Positions 38,676 to 51,187 of a DNA stretch of 64,000 nt are shown here, one piece after another. Numbering within the stretch: position 1 is the first letter of the stretch; every line of letters starts with the position of its first letter. Below the pieces are notes generated by a model. It searched no databases. It was not told where the DNA came from and worked only from the letters and a program-made list of their open reading frames with translations. Position numbers and translations under genes: made by a program. The DNA is from Antedon mediterranea (Eukaryota > Animalia > Echinodermata), in assembly GCF_964355755.1 (NCBI RefSeq), contig NC_092672.1, positions 16,058,001 through 16,122,000 of the forward strand, read 5' to 3'.

Positions 38676-40340
38676 AGTCCCATTCCCTACATTATTTAAA
38701 TCTAATTTAAGGTCACAAACTACATTTAATGTAAAAATAAATATTATATATGGTCGTATTGAGATAACTTTTTCGTCTTTAAACGGTTACAAATGTGAAA
38801 AATAAGTCGATTCTAATAATCTTAGCGGCCTGCTATAAATCCCAACATGCAATGCATGTGAATTGATATTTTTGTTTTTCTTCTGTACTGTAATTCACCG
38901 ATCGATCGTGATATTTCTTATGGCCAGATATTTCTTAAATCGATGAAATTATCTTTTCACGGTGTGCAATCAAAAATTTAGCAAAATCCTGTTTGTAATC
39001 ATATCATCACAAGCATCTATATATAAATTATGGTTAATTCTGACATAGGCGAGCACAATGCAAAAACTTCGGTACAAATCTCCGCCTTGGAGACCTACCT
39101 TATCTATCTCAGATGTACCGCGAAACGTAGATTTGATAACATTAGTTTTCACATCGACGCTATTGTTCCATATTTCTCTCTTAGGAAGATATTATAAAAA
39201 GTTTTTTAACACAATTTATGATTTCAACAGTAGATTTTCAACTCAATTTCAATTCTTCGCGGGTCAAAGTAATTTCCGGGTTTACAATAAGTTCACCTTG
39301 CAACAACCTGGTTTCAACTATTTTCTCTCTTTTATACACAAGGGAGCAGTTAAAATAATAGATTTGAACCTAAAGGTGACTGGAAACAGGCAATTTCCAT
39401 CAATAAATACAGTGTCCTTTTGGAAGACGAAAAAAAATCAGATAGTAGGACTGGAGCTTAAAGACCCCTTCCCTGCAATTTTGGACGTTTTGTGGAAATA
39501 AATACATATATCACTTTAAAAACATTAAACCATGTCATTCCTTGTCTTAAATGTACGTTTTATGGTAAATAATGATAAAAAGTGAGAAACAATGCACTAC
39601 CTAAGTAGCTCGCGGCGATCGACCTCTCGTGGACGGTCTTAGGCCTAGCCTAGCTAGGCTTAGTTTTGTAGGCCTAGCTGGTAAACATCGGTAACGTACG
39701 AACATCGTACGCTAGCTATATACCTAGCCTGACATTGTATAGTTGCTGCATTAATTGTCTTTCTATTTTTGCCAGACTCCGTTGATACAAATTGGGGAAA
39801 AACCGGTATTTTCGCTGAAAAGTTAGGAGTCTTCCATTTGTTTTGATCGATCGAAAAGTGGGCGAATTACAGGTGAAAAACAAAAATATCAATCCGCGCG
39901 CAATGCATTTTGGGATTTATAGTGGGCCGCTATAATTATTAGAATCAACTTATTTTTCACATTTTTAACCGTTTAAAGACGAAAAAAGTTATCGCAATAG
40001 GACCATATAGTATTATTTTTACATTAAATATAGTTTGTGATCTTAAATTAGATCTAAAAAACGTAAAGAAGGGGGCTTTAAGTTGGCCATTAGTCATAGC
40101 CATTTCAGTTTTTTGTTTATTTTAAAACATACCGCGTGTGTGTGAAGGTACAGTAGTTAAAAAATAGAAATTATACTGCAAATTAATAAAGATCAAATTA
40201 AATATACGCCATAAAGAATCGGAATATATTGTGGGGAATATTATTATAAACATAGGGAGATTTAATGATAAGACATTTTGTTTAAAATCGAGTGAAATTC
40301 CGATAGCTGAGTTTTATTGAGTAAGCTGGCAGGAATAACT
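38676..40340 (+). mobile_element. Longer Kolobok-type element sharing its left end with 9389-10014
   Basis: ttaa|AGTCCCATTCCCTAC start; first about 230 bp homologous to 9389-9620; right end not located. Confidence 0.6.
39462..40077 (-). mobile_element. Non-autonomous Kolobok-type element, copy 2
   Basis: TTAA TSD (39458-39461, 40078-40081); reverse complement of 9389-10014 with few differences. Confidence 0.88.
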
Positions 40341-40949
40341 GTAGGCTATCTTCCTGTGTCCCGTTAGGACCGAGATGTCTGCCCATGTTGCAAGCCGTAA
40401 TGTCTTCTTTCTTGGGCCCACTCTGTCACGGCAGTTAGTTTCAAAAGATGTTTAAATTAAATAATGTATTAATAATTATTAGGATGGTATTTATTTGAAT
40501 AAACGCCTCTCCAATAAAACATCACTTTGAATAATAATCCTCCCCCCCCCCCAACCCAACTATCTAATAAACGTCCATCCACTTTTATAATAACACAATT
40601 ATACTATTTGTAGTAGAATTCATCGCACTGTTATCTACAATTTACCAAGCATTTTTTATTCTTTTTTACCACTTTTCATATCTATTAGAGGATTTCATTT
40701 GATTATAAATGTTACCATATTATTAAAACTAAAAAATTTAACATATCCCTCGAATAAGCACCTCCCTCAAATGAACTCCTCCTTCCAAAGGGCCCTACCA
40801 AGCAATACCAACTATACTATCATCTAAAACACTGTAAAACAAAGTAGTTTAGTTTTACGAATGTCAAGCATTTTCAATAATGGTAACCGACAGAAAACGT
40901 ACAAGGAGAACATTATCATTCCGAGAACCATCGTCTACACTTCCTAGAG

Positions 40950-40978
40950 GGGGAGCGAGCGAAGCGAGCTCACCCTAG
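40950..40978 (+). mobile_element. Helitron 3' terminus
   Basis: gagcgagcgaagcgagctc hairpin then CTAG followed by T. Confidence 0.55.
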
Positions 40979-42637
40979 TGTATCATAATTAAACCAAATT
41001 AGGTACTCATAAATGAGGTCATATTTCATCATATGGCAATACAATTAGGCGTCATCTACAAATTATTTCAGACCACAGAGACGCGTCTGAAAACTTGCAA
41101 CCCATCAGACGCGTCTGTCCAATGCTGAACCTCATTAACGATCTATTATGAATATTCATGAGCTACCCAATCACGGCGAAGACGCGTCTGTGTGATTAAA
41201 ACCCGTCTTTGCTGTTTAGTAGGTAAAACAATAGAAAACGCGTCTGAGTGATTAAAACCCGTCTGTATTGCTTGTATGGTGAAACAAAATTGGTATCATT
41301 TCACAGAACCAACAAATCTGAGACTAGGCCTAGGTTATCCTAATTTGGACGGAAATTCGCCGATGAGACGACATCGGGCCTGTGGACCTCAGCTCATGCA
41401 GAGAGAAAGAAAGTCTTGGCTAGCCTAGTTTCGGCGGCCTACACTAGGCCTATACATTATTTAACGCTCCTACCTTGGGTTAGCGAATTATAAAAACAAC
41501 GACACCTAGGCCTAGGCTAGGATATGAAAAATAAATATATATTCAATATTAAGATAAAACATGTGAGCAGTTTAGAGCTAGAGAGAGAGAGTATTATGTT
41601 TCATGTCATGTGACACAAAATCCAGGTACACGATCTTAATTACTGTTTTATCGTCGTCAGACGGCAGCCGCCAGAGTATCGCGTTTCATGCCATGTGACC
41701 AAAAAAACTAGGTCTGTATTTATTACGGTCTTCTGTCGGCAGTCTTTTTGAGCGACCGACTGAAAACGTTCTGATACTATATTTAGAATGAATCGTTTAC
41801 GATCTTTCTGGATGGACTGGACGTTCGCTATAATATGTTTATTAGTTGGCCTGTTCGTTGAGGTTCACCTGTGTTGGATCGCGTGTCTCTACGTCTACAT
41901 CGTGGGAAATTTATATTTATATTCGACGTTGAGTAGGTAAACACGCATGAAGGAAACGATTACGATTAAAAAATATTATATATTTACAACTTGGTCCTCC
42001 GCCAGTTAAATTTAACACATTAATTTCACACCTTCTTACTTCACTAAGAATATCGTAGGGTTGTTTATTTAGGTTACGAACTCCCCACAAAGTTCAGAAC
42101 GTAGCTCATTGAAAGTTGTTTATTGAGGTTACGAAGCCAAACAATGGAACCTACGAAGCCAACAATGTAGCCTACGAAGCTACTTCGTAGGTAAAGTTGC
42201 AGTATTTTCTTTCTGTACTGTAGGTCAATAGTTTGAGTAATTCCATGTTTCAAAAGTTAACTTTAACGTTTTTGCATGTGGTAAATTCACTCTTTAGTAC
42301 AAGAAAAATAAAATCGCAAAAAATAAAAGGTCGCGAATAAATAGAAACGAAAATTTGCGCTTTACAGTATACTCTGTCGGCGGTAAAAGGGTATACCTGT
42401 ACTGATTTGTTTGTCTTACTGCCGGTTGTAAATAATAATTTAACCAACCAAACTTAAAATATTAAAATATTCATATATTAAAGTTGAAGCATATTTCAAT
42501 TTTTTAAAGATTTCATCATAGTAACAAGGCCATATCCATGGCTGCAGTTGCGGGCTCAAATTTGAGTTAGTGTTTACCGACCAAAAGACTGACCAACATA
42601 GTGAGCTGTAGAATTAAAAATTATGATTCATTGCAGT

Positions 42638-42715
42638 ATTTATTTATTTATTTTAACAATATTTTACGAGGGTGGTCCATCCAGCTGAAGCTGATTATTA
42701 GGGACCCTCACCAAA
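42638..42715 (-). mobile_element. LINE (CR1/L2-type) 3' tail remnant
   Basis: Minus strand: gagggt...accctc stem-loop followed by an AAAT-rich tail. Confidence 0.45.
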
Positions 42716-42862
42716 ATACAACATGACAAGACATAAACATGTAACAATAAAAATTAAATTAAAATAAATATAATTTATAAAGATAAAATAAAGCACAACA
42801 AATTTAGAATAAAAAATTCAAAATATAAAATTAATTAAGAAAAAAGGAAGAAACTTTTATTC

Positions 42863-42918
42863 AGTGGTGTATGGCTCGGTGGTCTGTGCTCGCGTCTATA
42901 GCATTCAAGGTCTCGCCT
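42863..42918 (+). mobile_element. Possible tRNA-derived SINE head fragment
   Basis: A-box-like TGGCTCGGTGG followed by tRNA-like sequence; no B box seen. Confidence 0.3.
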
Positions 42919-43022
42919 TAGGAAGCAAAATGAAATAAGATTTTTTTTATATCCGTATTGTTTGTTCAACTTTATTTCTTAGTGTATAGATTATACTATT
43001 AGTCCGGTGGCAGGAGTGAGAA

Positions 43023-43773
43023 TTCACCAACTGAAAGGGGACAAATTGCCATCCAACTTTTCTAGACAAGAAGTTTCCATAGATTACAAATATCGATCAG
43101 GATAGGAAGCGTTTTCGAGATATAGGGGGGTCAAAGTTCAAAATTGACCAATTATAACATAACAATGTATTATAACCAATTTATTGAAGTTTAATTTGGT
43201 CTTTTAATACATTTGTCTGGTCACATACATCATTACTTGATCAGTAAAGTCATATTAAAATGTTACGCTGACCTTCAATAATTTGTCGCAACACAGTTCA
43301 CCTGCTCCGATAAAATTTCATTTGTAAAAGTTTACGATTGGAATAGTATTTATTTATAGTTATACGCACGATCGCCGACCGCCGTACCCCCAGCGCAAGC
43401 CCTTCTTGTGTCTTATACACCGAAATATACGGTATCTAACGAACATAAACACCCAAATATTTCATTACAATTCAAGCTTATTCATAATCATTTATGTAAA
43501 TTGTTTGTTTTTATTTTGTTTTATAGGTACGTTCTATGATTGGTTAATATTGACATTTGAACCTTAATCGTGAAGAATTTTTTTTCATAAGGTGATTGAA
43601 TAGATACATATAATCATAAAAATGTAAGAAAAGACCAAATCGTGTTTCAATACATTGTTGTAATTGGTCAATTTTGAACTTTGACCTCTTATATCTTAAA
43701 AATGCTTCTGATCCTGATTGATTATTCTGGTCTAAAAAAGTTGGATGGCAATTTGTCCCCTTTCGGGTGGTAA
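43023..43773. mobile_element. Foldback/MITE-like inverted-repeat element
   Basis: gaaaggggacaaattgccatccaactttt...caaagttcaaaattgaccaatt mirrored at about 43660-43770. Confidence 0.7.
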
Positions 43774-45074
43774 AAAGTGCAAGAATTTAAGAGTTTAAGA
43801 AATTTTGACCTCAATTTAAATATTTTAATACAATTGAAAACAAAATGGCCATATCCCTGCAATGCTTACATTGAATTAACTAATTTCAGTGCCAAATTAT
43901 TTGGAAGATGCATATTAATATTCATCCTAATGGAAATATTTGTCAAAAAGTGACCGGAAGTATTATTTTTAGTGTTATTGACCCTTGACCTACATGTCAT
44001 ATAACTCTGTAACTTAACAGTTGTACAAAATGTAAATAAGTCTCAAATTATTCAGAAGATGTATGTTTCTATTTAGTCTAATACAAAGAAACTTTTCCAA
44101 GAAAATGATTCTTTTTATTGACCTTTGACTTGTATTGATAGTATACATTTCTATATCTAAAAAATGAGTGGTCGTAAAAGTTTTTGTGAAGAGAACTTGT
44201 TATAAAATATATATTTATATGTTTTATAATAAAAAAGTTTCTATAAAAATGTAAAAGTATCCATATGATAACTAAATTTGTTATTAGTCCTCCCTAGATA
44301 TAAAAAAAGACTGATTGGTTAATTACTCACGGTAGTAAACTGGTACGCGCGGCGCACTGATTCGGCTCCTCGAAGAAGACAAATTATTATTTATTCGGCC
44401 TACCTGATAATAATATTATTATTATTAATGTAGACTTATTGATGAAAATTTTTCTGTTAATTTAAACGACCTAGGCCTAAGTGAATATTTTATTGGCAAG
44501 GAATAATTAATTAGTAAAAATCTGTATATTATTCTTCGCAAGGTAAAGTGAATGCAACACCTAACTAGGCAGGTTTATTAAAAAGGAGGCCTAGCTACAT
44601 CTGACCCAGCAGTAGATATTCAACTTGTTGTTTGCTATGAAATATAACAGATATCGCCTTTTATATCGGTAAAATATGTTGACCCCCCGAGGACGATCAA
44701 ACTTTTTGATAGAAATGTCAAGCTCAACAGTTCTTTTCAGAATGCTTGAAGTAACTTACTGAATTCATCTTAATAAATTCCCCGGGCAATTACCGTATTG
44801 TTCAGAAGGGTTTTCAGGGGAGCGTTTATTTTTTTTGTTGGTGTAATATGATAACATGTATAATCAAATAAATACTACCTAGATATAAACAAAATACAGC
44901 AGAATTAATTTAAAAAAGTAATAAAAAAAAAAAGCTTGGTAAATTGTAAATTATGAGGGGGGGGGGGGGGGGGCTTTTATTCAAATGCAATTTTTTTTTT
45001 TTTTTTTTTTTTTCTTTTTTTTAATTTCCAAGACGTTTCGTGAGTTTTAGTGAATTTTATGTTATCTTTTTACG

Positions 45075-45435
45075 TTGTTTGAAAGCCAAATCATGTATAT
45101 TTTGAACCAAGCACCTCAACGGCTAGCAGTTACATTCCACACGCTGAATGCATCTACGCCTAACACAGGTGGACATGCACATACCTTGCATAACGGATCA
45201 CATAAGCGATGGAGGAAGAGAGGCAAACGAGGTGGAACTAAGCGAAGGATTCCGGTTATTATTTCTAATCGATTCTCTGAGATAAGTTTCGAAAATGCTG
45301 ATGTGAGAAGTAGTAATTTGAACAACTTAAGGACTATATCAACAAAAGCTGTCGAGATACCGGAAAACCAAGATGTCGGTAAGCCAAATCATTTTCCTAT
45401 TTTCATTCTTACAAATCCTTGGTCTATGGTATATC
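45075..45435 (+). mobile_element. Probable 5' fragment of a LINE ORF (Rex1/CR1-group leader)
   Basis: RKRGKRGG basic leader followed by P.FILTN.WSM, resembling the start of an APE endonuclease. Confidence 0.5.
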
Positions 45436-45849
45436 AACTTTCTCAGCTAAATCATTCGATTGAAGAATTTCATTCCAATTTGGTGCAACAATCCATCTAC
45501 CAAAACGTTTATTGAAGAATCAAGTCAAGTCAAGTATCATTTATTGTCAATTCTTTTGGCAGAGCACAATATCCAACGGACACAACACGAACTCAAAACA
45601 AAAACATTACAAAAAGTGTCTACAGGATGTTTAAGGCTGTCATCTACTTTATCTACTGTTAGGTGTTCGGACGGACGTGTCTTAAACTATTTTGGTTGCC
45701 GTGAACTCTGAACAAATTGCGAGCGGGATCAAGCTAATGAATATTTATAATGGTTCGCTAATTAGATTAGCTTGTTGTTTTAGAATACCATCTTAGGCAG
45801 GACTTCGTGGTCTAGAACAGAAAAAAACTGTGATTGTCATTTTGACAAC

Positions 45850-48562
45850 TCATGTTGTTGCGCATGCGTACATAGAAAGCATAAAAAATAACAATTTTTT
45901 GTACAAATTGCATTCTCTTATCTTCCTTAGTACATTCAACAAATTTGAGTCCATTTCGTGCTATACGAGCATGTTAAAAATGACAAAATGCGCACATTAA
46001 GTGTACAAAAGTGCTAAAAATGGCAAAAAATAAGGCCTTTTAAAAATGAATACAACTCTTCAGAATGGATGAGTTGTAGATATAAATGTATATACACATT
46101 AGACGTATAAAATGGTATGATGTCATCATTTGGCCACATGAATTTTTAAAATAGGGTTTTTTCCCCTTTTGTCATAGACCACCATATTCAACAGAGCGCA
46201 ACTAATTTTTAATATACTCTACCTCAACCAATTATGTTACTCATGAGTTGCCAATATTTTCATTTTGAAGACGTCATCACGTCTTAAAATTTGAATTACG
46301 GTGGTTACGTAATTTCACCTACAACGTATATTTGAATACCTTTACAGCTCTTCTAAATTAAAGTTCACCTGTATAGTTTATAACTTATTATGAGAGCTGG
46401 TGAAATGTATGAATTCATATAAAAGTTAAGCCTATCAAATGTTGTGACGTTATCATATGGCCAGTTGAAGTTAAAAAGTAGTTTTTTCTCTTTTCTCTTT
46501 CGTCAAACTTCTAAAAATTGTAAAGAGAGCGCGCACCGTGCTTCTACGTGCCAAATTTTCTTCCAATTGTTATATTTTATTTCTCAATTGTTATCCACAA
46601 GTTTATTTTGATGATGTCATCAGTGCCGAAATATTAGAACATGATGTGTGTCCGTAATTTCACCAATGCTACACTGTATATATTTATACAGTATACTGTA
46701 CATAATGTATATGGCATATAATAAGCACAACTCAGCACTATAAGCGTATAATAGGATGGCATACATCAACATTTTCCTATTGTATGTTAACATACGTGCA
46801 TGTTTAAAAAATATTAATGTCAATAAAATTATAAAAATGATCACAAAAAATTTGTCAAAATCACGAATTAAATTCTAGTTAATCTTTGTGATTGAAGATA
46901 AAAACAGAGATAATCAGTATAATAGAAAAAAATTGACTTTTTGCGTTACTTATGTGCTGTGCAATGCAATAAAATGTATGAAAATAAGTGACCCACGTTA
47001 TGCACACTTTTGAACATGATGACATCATCAAAATGAAAATATAATTCAAGTGAAAAATACATTAACATGTTTTTTTATTTAACTGGCCATATGATGACGT
47101 CACAACATCCGATTGGCAAAATGTTCACATGATTTTGTATCTACAAATTAATAGCTTCCAGAAAACGTTTAATTGTGATTATCACATTTCATTCTTACGA
47201 GCTATAACAGATTAAAATTTACTGTAAAGATGAAATTAATGACCCACGTAATTTAAATTTTTAGCATGATGTCGTCATAAAAATTAAAATATTTTTAACT
47301 CATGCGAAAGATAGTTGATTGACCTAGACAATATCAAAATCGGGGTGAAAATGGATAAGTGGAGATGCGCTCTTTTAAATGTTATGACCTATTACGAAAG
47401 ACAAAAAAATCCTAAATTTTATATTCGCGTGGCCATACGATGACGTCACAATGTCCGGTTAGCCATATTAATACATTATTCGATATCTACAACTCATCAA
47501 TCTACAATCCAATAGCTTCCAGAAAAAGTTTTAATCGTGATTATCACATTTTATTCTTACGAGCTATAACAGATTAACATTTACTGTAAAGATGAAATTG
47601 ATGCCACACGTGATTTAAATTTTTAGGCATGATGACGTCATAAATTAAAAATATTTTTCACTCATGCGAAAGATAGTTGATTGACCTAGAAAATATAGAA
47701 AATCTCGGAGAAAATGGAAAATGGATAAGTGGAGATGCGCTCTATTAAATGTGATGAGCTATGACGAAAGATACAAAAATCCTATATTTTATATTCGGGT
47801 GGTGTCCGGTTAGACATATGATCCGATATCAACAACACATCAACTTCCAGAATATGTAATAAAAATAATTTTAACCGTTTAGTTTAGAAACTATACGACT
47901 GTTTAAAAAAAGGCATAATTTTGACGAATTTTTAAACTTTTTTTTATCAAAAACCTGCGCAAATTATCCAATTCGACGTGCTCGTATGACGTGGTTTTAA
48001 GTCAAAATTGCTTAAACGTTTGTAAAATTATTAAAAAAAAGCTAGAAAAACATAAATCATACGAAAAAATATGTTTTTAACGCTACATGCGCACGTAAAA
48101 ATTTGCGGGCGCGTGGGAATTTTTGACAAGCTTAAAATGACATGAAACGCGTAGAAAGTTGATTATTAATTTTGCGCATTTTGAAATTTTAAATGCACAT
48201 GCGCGCGTAACTTCTTGTAAAACATGCCATTTTTAGTGCACTAAATGTTTGCCCTTGATATGACTTAAATTTTCATAAAGTGTCAAAAAAAATATTACGC
48301 TTGGTTTTTAATCTATGATCAATCATTAAAAATCATAAAATTGCGCGTAAGTCATGTTGCGCAAGTCTGACGTCATTCAAAATAGGAGGTGCACAACTTC
48401 ACGTAAATGTCCAAATGTTCTCAAAGTTATGAAATGTTATGTTTACACATTTTAGAGAAACGTGACTCACAAAAAAACGAGAAAGAAAGAAAAATAATAC
48501 AGAAAAAAAAAAATATTGATCCACTACAATCACAAGGAGTTATCTGCTGAATGCGGATAACT
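45850..48562. mobile_element. Helentron/HINE-like repeat with internal inverted and tandem (about 360 bp) duplications
   Basis: Ends in acaaggAGTTATC.GC...GCGGATAACT hairpin; about 47150-47500 repeated at 47510-47860; 48120-48460 matches 56080-56395 inverted. Confidence 0.55.
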
Positions 48563-49562
48563 AACTAGATTTGAACTCGTCACTTTTAACTTATATCTAC
48601 AATTCAACAGGTTCCATAATAAGTTTTAAACGTGTAGGTCACTTTTCAGCTTTCCGAGGAACTATAACAGATTGAAATACTGTATTGATGAAAATTAAGT
48701 GAGTCACGTTATTCTATTTTTTTATATATTATGATGATGTAATAAAAATTCAAATTTTGTTAAAGCATGTGAAAGAGAAAGATAATATTAAAATCTAGGG
48801 TGAAATGGGTTAAGCATTAAAGTGCAATGCACTCTATTACTCTAGTAGCTAGATCAACTTTCGTATGCACTTTGAGGTCCAGAGAATTTGACTTCAGAAA
48901 TTGGTTTAGGGTGGTCAAACAATCATTTTTGGCTTGGTTACACATTTTGAAAATGTGGCGAAAGGTCAAAAGGTCAGGGTCAAAGGTTATAAAATCAAAC
49001 ACCATTATGTCCTTAAATCTCGACAACCACTGGTCACAGCGAGGTAATTTTGGTCTTAAATTAATCAGAAGGTATACATTTATATTCAGTCTAATGAAAC
49101 ATTTTAGTCGAAAATGACCGGAAATGCCATTTCTGACCTTTGACCCATAAACCAGGGCATGTCTGTGTCTCCGTAACTATTGGCCGTAGTGACTTGAATT
49201 TGGGCTCAAATTGTTCGAAATATACATTTAGTTATTTGTTACACATTTTGAACAATGTTACAAAAGGTCAAAAGGTCAAGGCCAGGGGTTATATGAATAA
49301 ACACAAATAGGTATTTGTATCTCGGCAACCACTGGTCACAGAGAGTAAATTTTGGTCTCAAAATGTTCAGAAGGTATACATTCATATTCAGTCTAATGAA
49401 AAATTTTAGTAAAAAATAACCGGAAATGACATTTCTGACCTTTGACATACATACCAGGGCATCTTCTTATCTCTGTAAGTACAGGTCGTAGAAACTTAAA
49501 TTTAGTATCAAATTGTTAGAAATACACATATTTACATTCATTCTAACAAAAAATTTGGATAA

Positions 49563-51187
49563 GGGTCTGTTTCTGCTGCATAACGCAATTTAACCGGTTA
49601 TTTTTAAATAGATTAAAAATAGATAACAATAACAAGACCGCGTTTCTGCTCAATTTGTGCTCCGAAATAACCGGTTAAATCTATGGGTGGTCGTCGAGCA
49701 AAACGTCACCATTACCCAAAATGCAATACACTCAGACGGAAGTAGTAAGTTGGCTGTTTGTTTACATCGACGTCGTGAGTACACACGTGTGTATATATCG
49801 CCGAACATCTCACTCAAACATGTTAAAAAAATAAAATGTTGTCTCCAGGTCTACAAGTTTTGTTTTTTGTAAAGCCTACTTACATCGCTAATAAAATTAA
49901 TTCTCATGGCGCCTTCAATAACATGATGGGGAGGGTCGTGCAGCGCCCGATCGCCTAGGATAATTTTTATCCTCAACAAAGGCGATGAAATACGGCCCTT
50001 CCCACGTGAACGACTGTTGTCTTTCGCGAGCGCGGTCCTACAAAACACCAAACGGAAACAAAAACGAGACTCAGATTGTTGCAATACTTACCAAACGAGA
50101 GTAGATAATTGTTAATTATGAAAACCCAACTTTTATAGCAAAAATCGTCCGAATTTATGTTAAAAACGATGAGTTTAGCCACAAAAACAAAAACGAGAGT
50201 ATCCAAAAGTCATAGAATATCGCACGCACATAGTGCCTTTAATAAAGTAATGAGTATTGAACATTATTTCGTATATTTATGTACTAACATAAATAATAAC
50301 ACATTTCTATGCTTAATAAAATCATATTTAATATATTATCAAAGGCTCTGATTACCTTTGTTTTCGGTCGATGTGATGTTTTTCTAACAAATTATATTAT
50401 GTAAAACGATCAAAGTAAGAATGTTCATTGTTCTCCTATTAAAGGCACTAAGGGCGTGCCATAAATACGCTCGTTTGGATTAAGTTTTTGTAGCTAAATT
50501 CATCGTTTATAACATAAATTCGGATGATTTTTGCTAAAAAATTTGGGTTTTAATAATTAATTAACCATTATCTACTATAGTTTGGTAGTTATTTGCAACA
50601 TTCTGAGTCCCTTTTTTGTTTCAGTTTTGGTGTTTATATAGGACCATCCATACCCTTCGCGAGCGTGTACTAAAACGCCTCAAATTGCTTAGCTTGGGTA
50701 GTCCCCGAAACTCCACCCCAAACTCCTCTTTAGACTTTTACTTTCGCAAAAATGCTCTTATTTATTATCTGTGATTCTTTTCTATTGCCTGCCATCCTTC
50801 CCCGTACTTTCTCTCCCCCCACAACTGAATAACATATCTTGTGATTTCATTCATCCACATACATGTTCACTTCTTCGTTGACTGTCAAAACCACGAGGAA
50901 AACACACATCGTATGCGACGGTATCTGACCCGGGGTCACAACTGTCAATCAAATAACCGTTATTTCGTGTTGCAGCTAAGAATTGCTCAGCGATAACCGG
51001 TTAAACGGCGTTCTAACACCGATTTAAATTGGTGTTTTTAACCGGTTATTTTGCGCTGCCTTTTAACCGGTTACCACAAATTTGTCCTGTTTCTGCTGCC
51101 AAGAAAATGGAGTTAATTTATTCACACCGATTTTAATTTATTCACACCGATTTTAACCGGTTATTTTTATGCAGCAGAAACAGGCCC
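49563..51187. mobile_element. Non-autonomous PIF/Harbinger element
   Basis: TAA TSD; TIR GGG(T/C)CTGTTTCTGCTGCATAA; many subterminal taaccggtta palindromes. Confidence 0.88.
50034..50645. mobile_element. Internal foldback (possible nested MITE)
   Basis: ggtccta...agtgcctttaata mirrored by tattaaaggcact...taggacc, arms about 210 bp; no clean TSD. Confidence 0.55.

Noticed and set aside
44957-45022. Poly-G followed by poly-T run
   Set aside because: Simple homopolymer expansion within a repeat copy; lengths may be sequencing artefacts.
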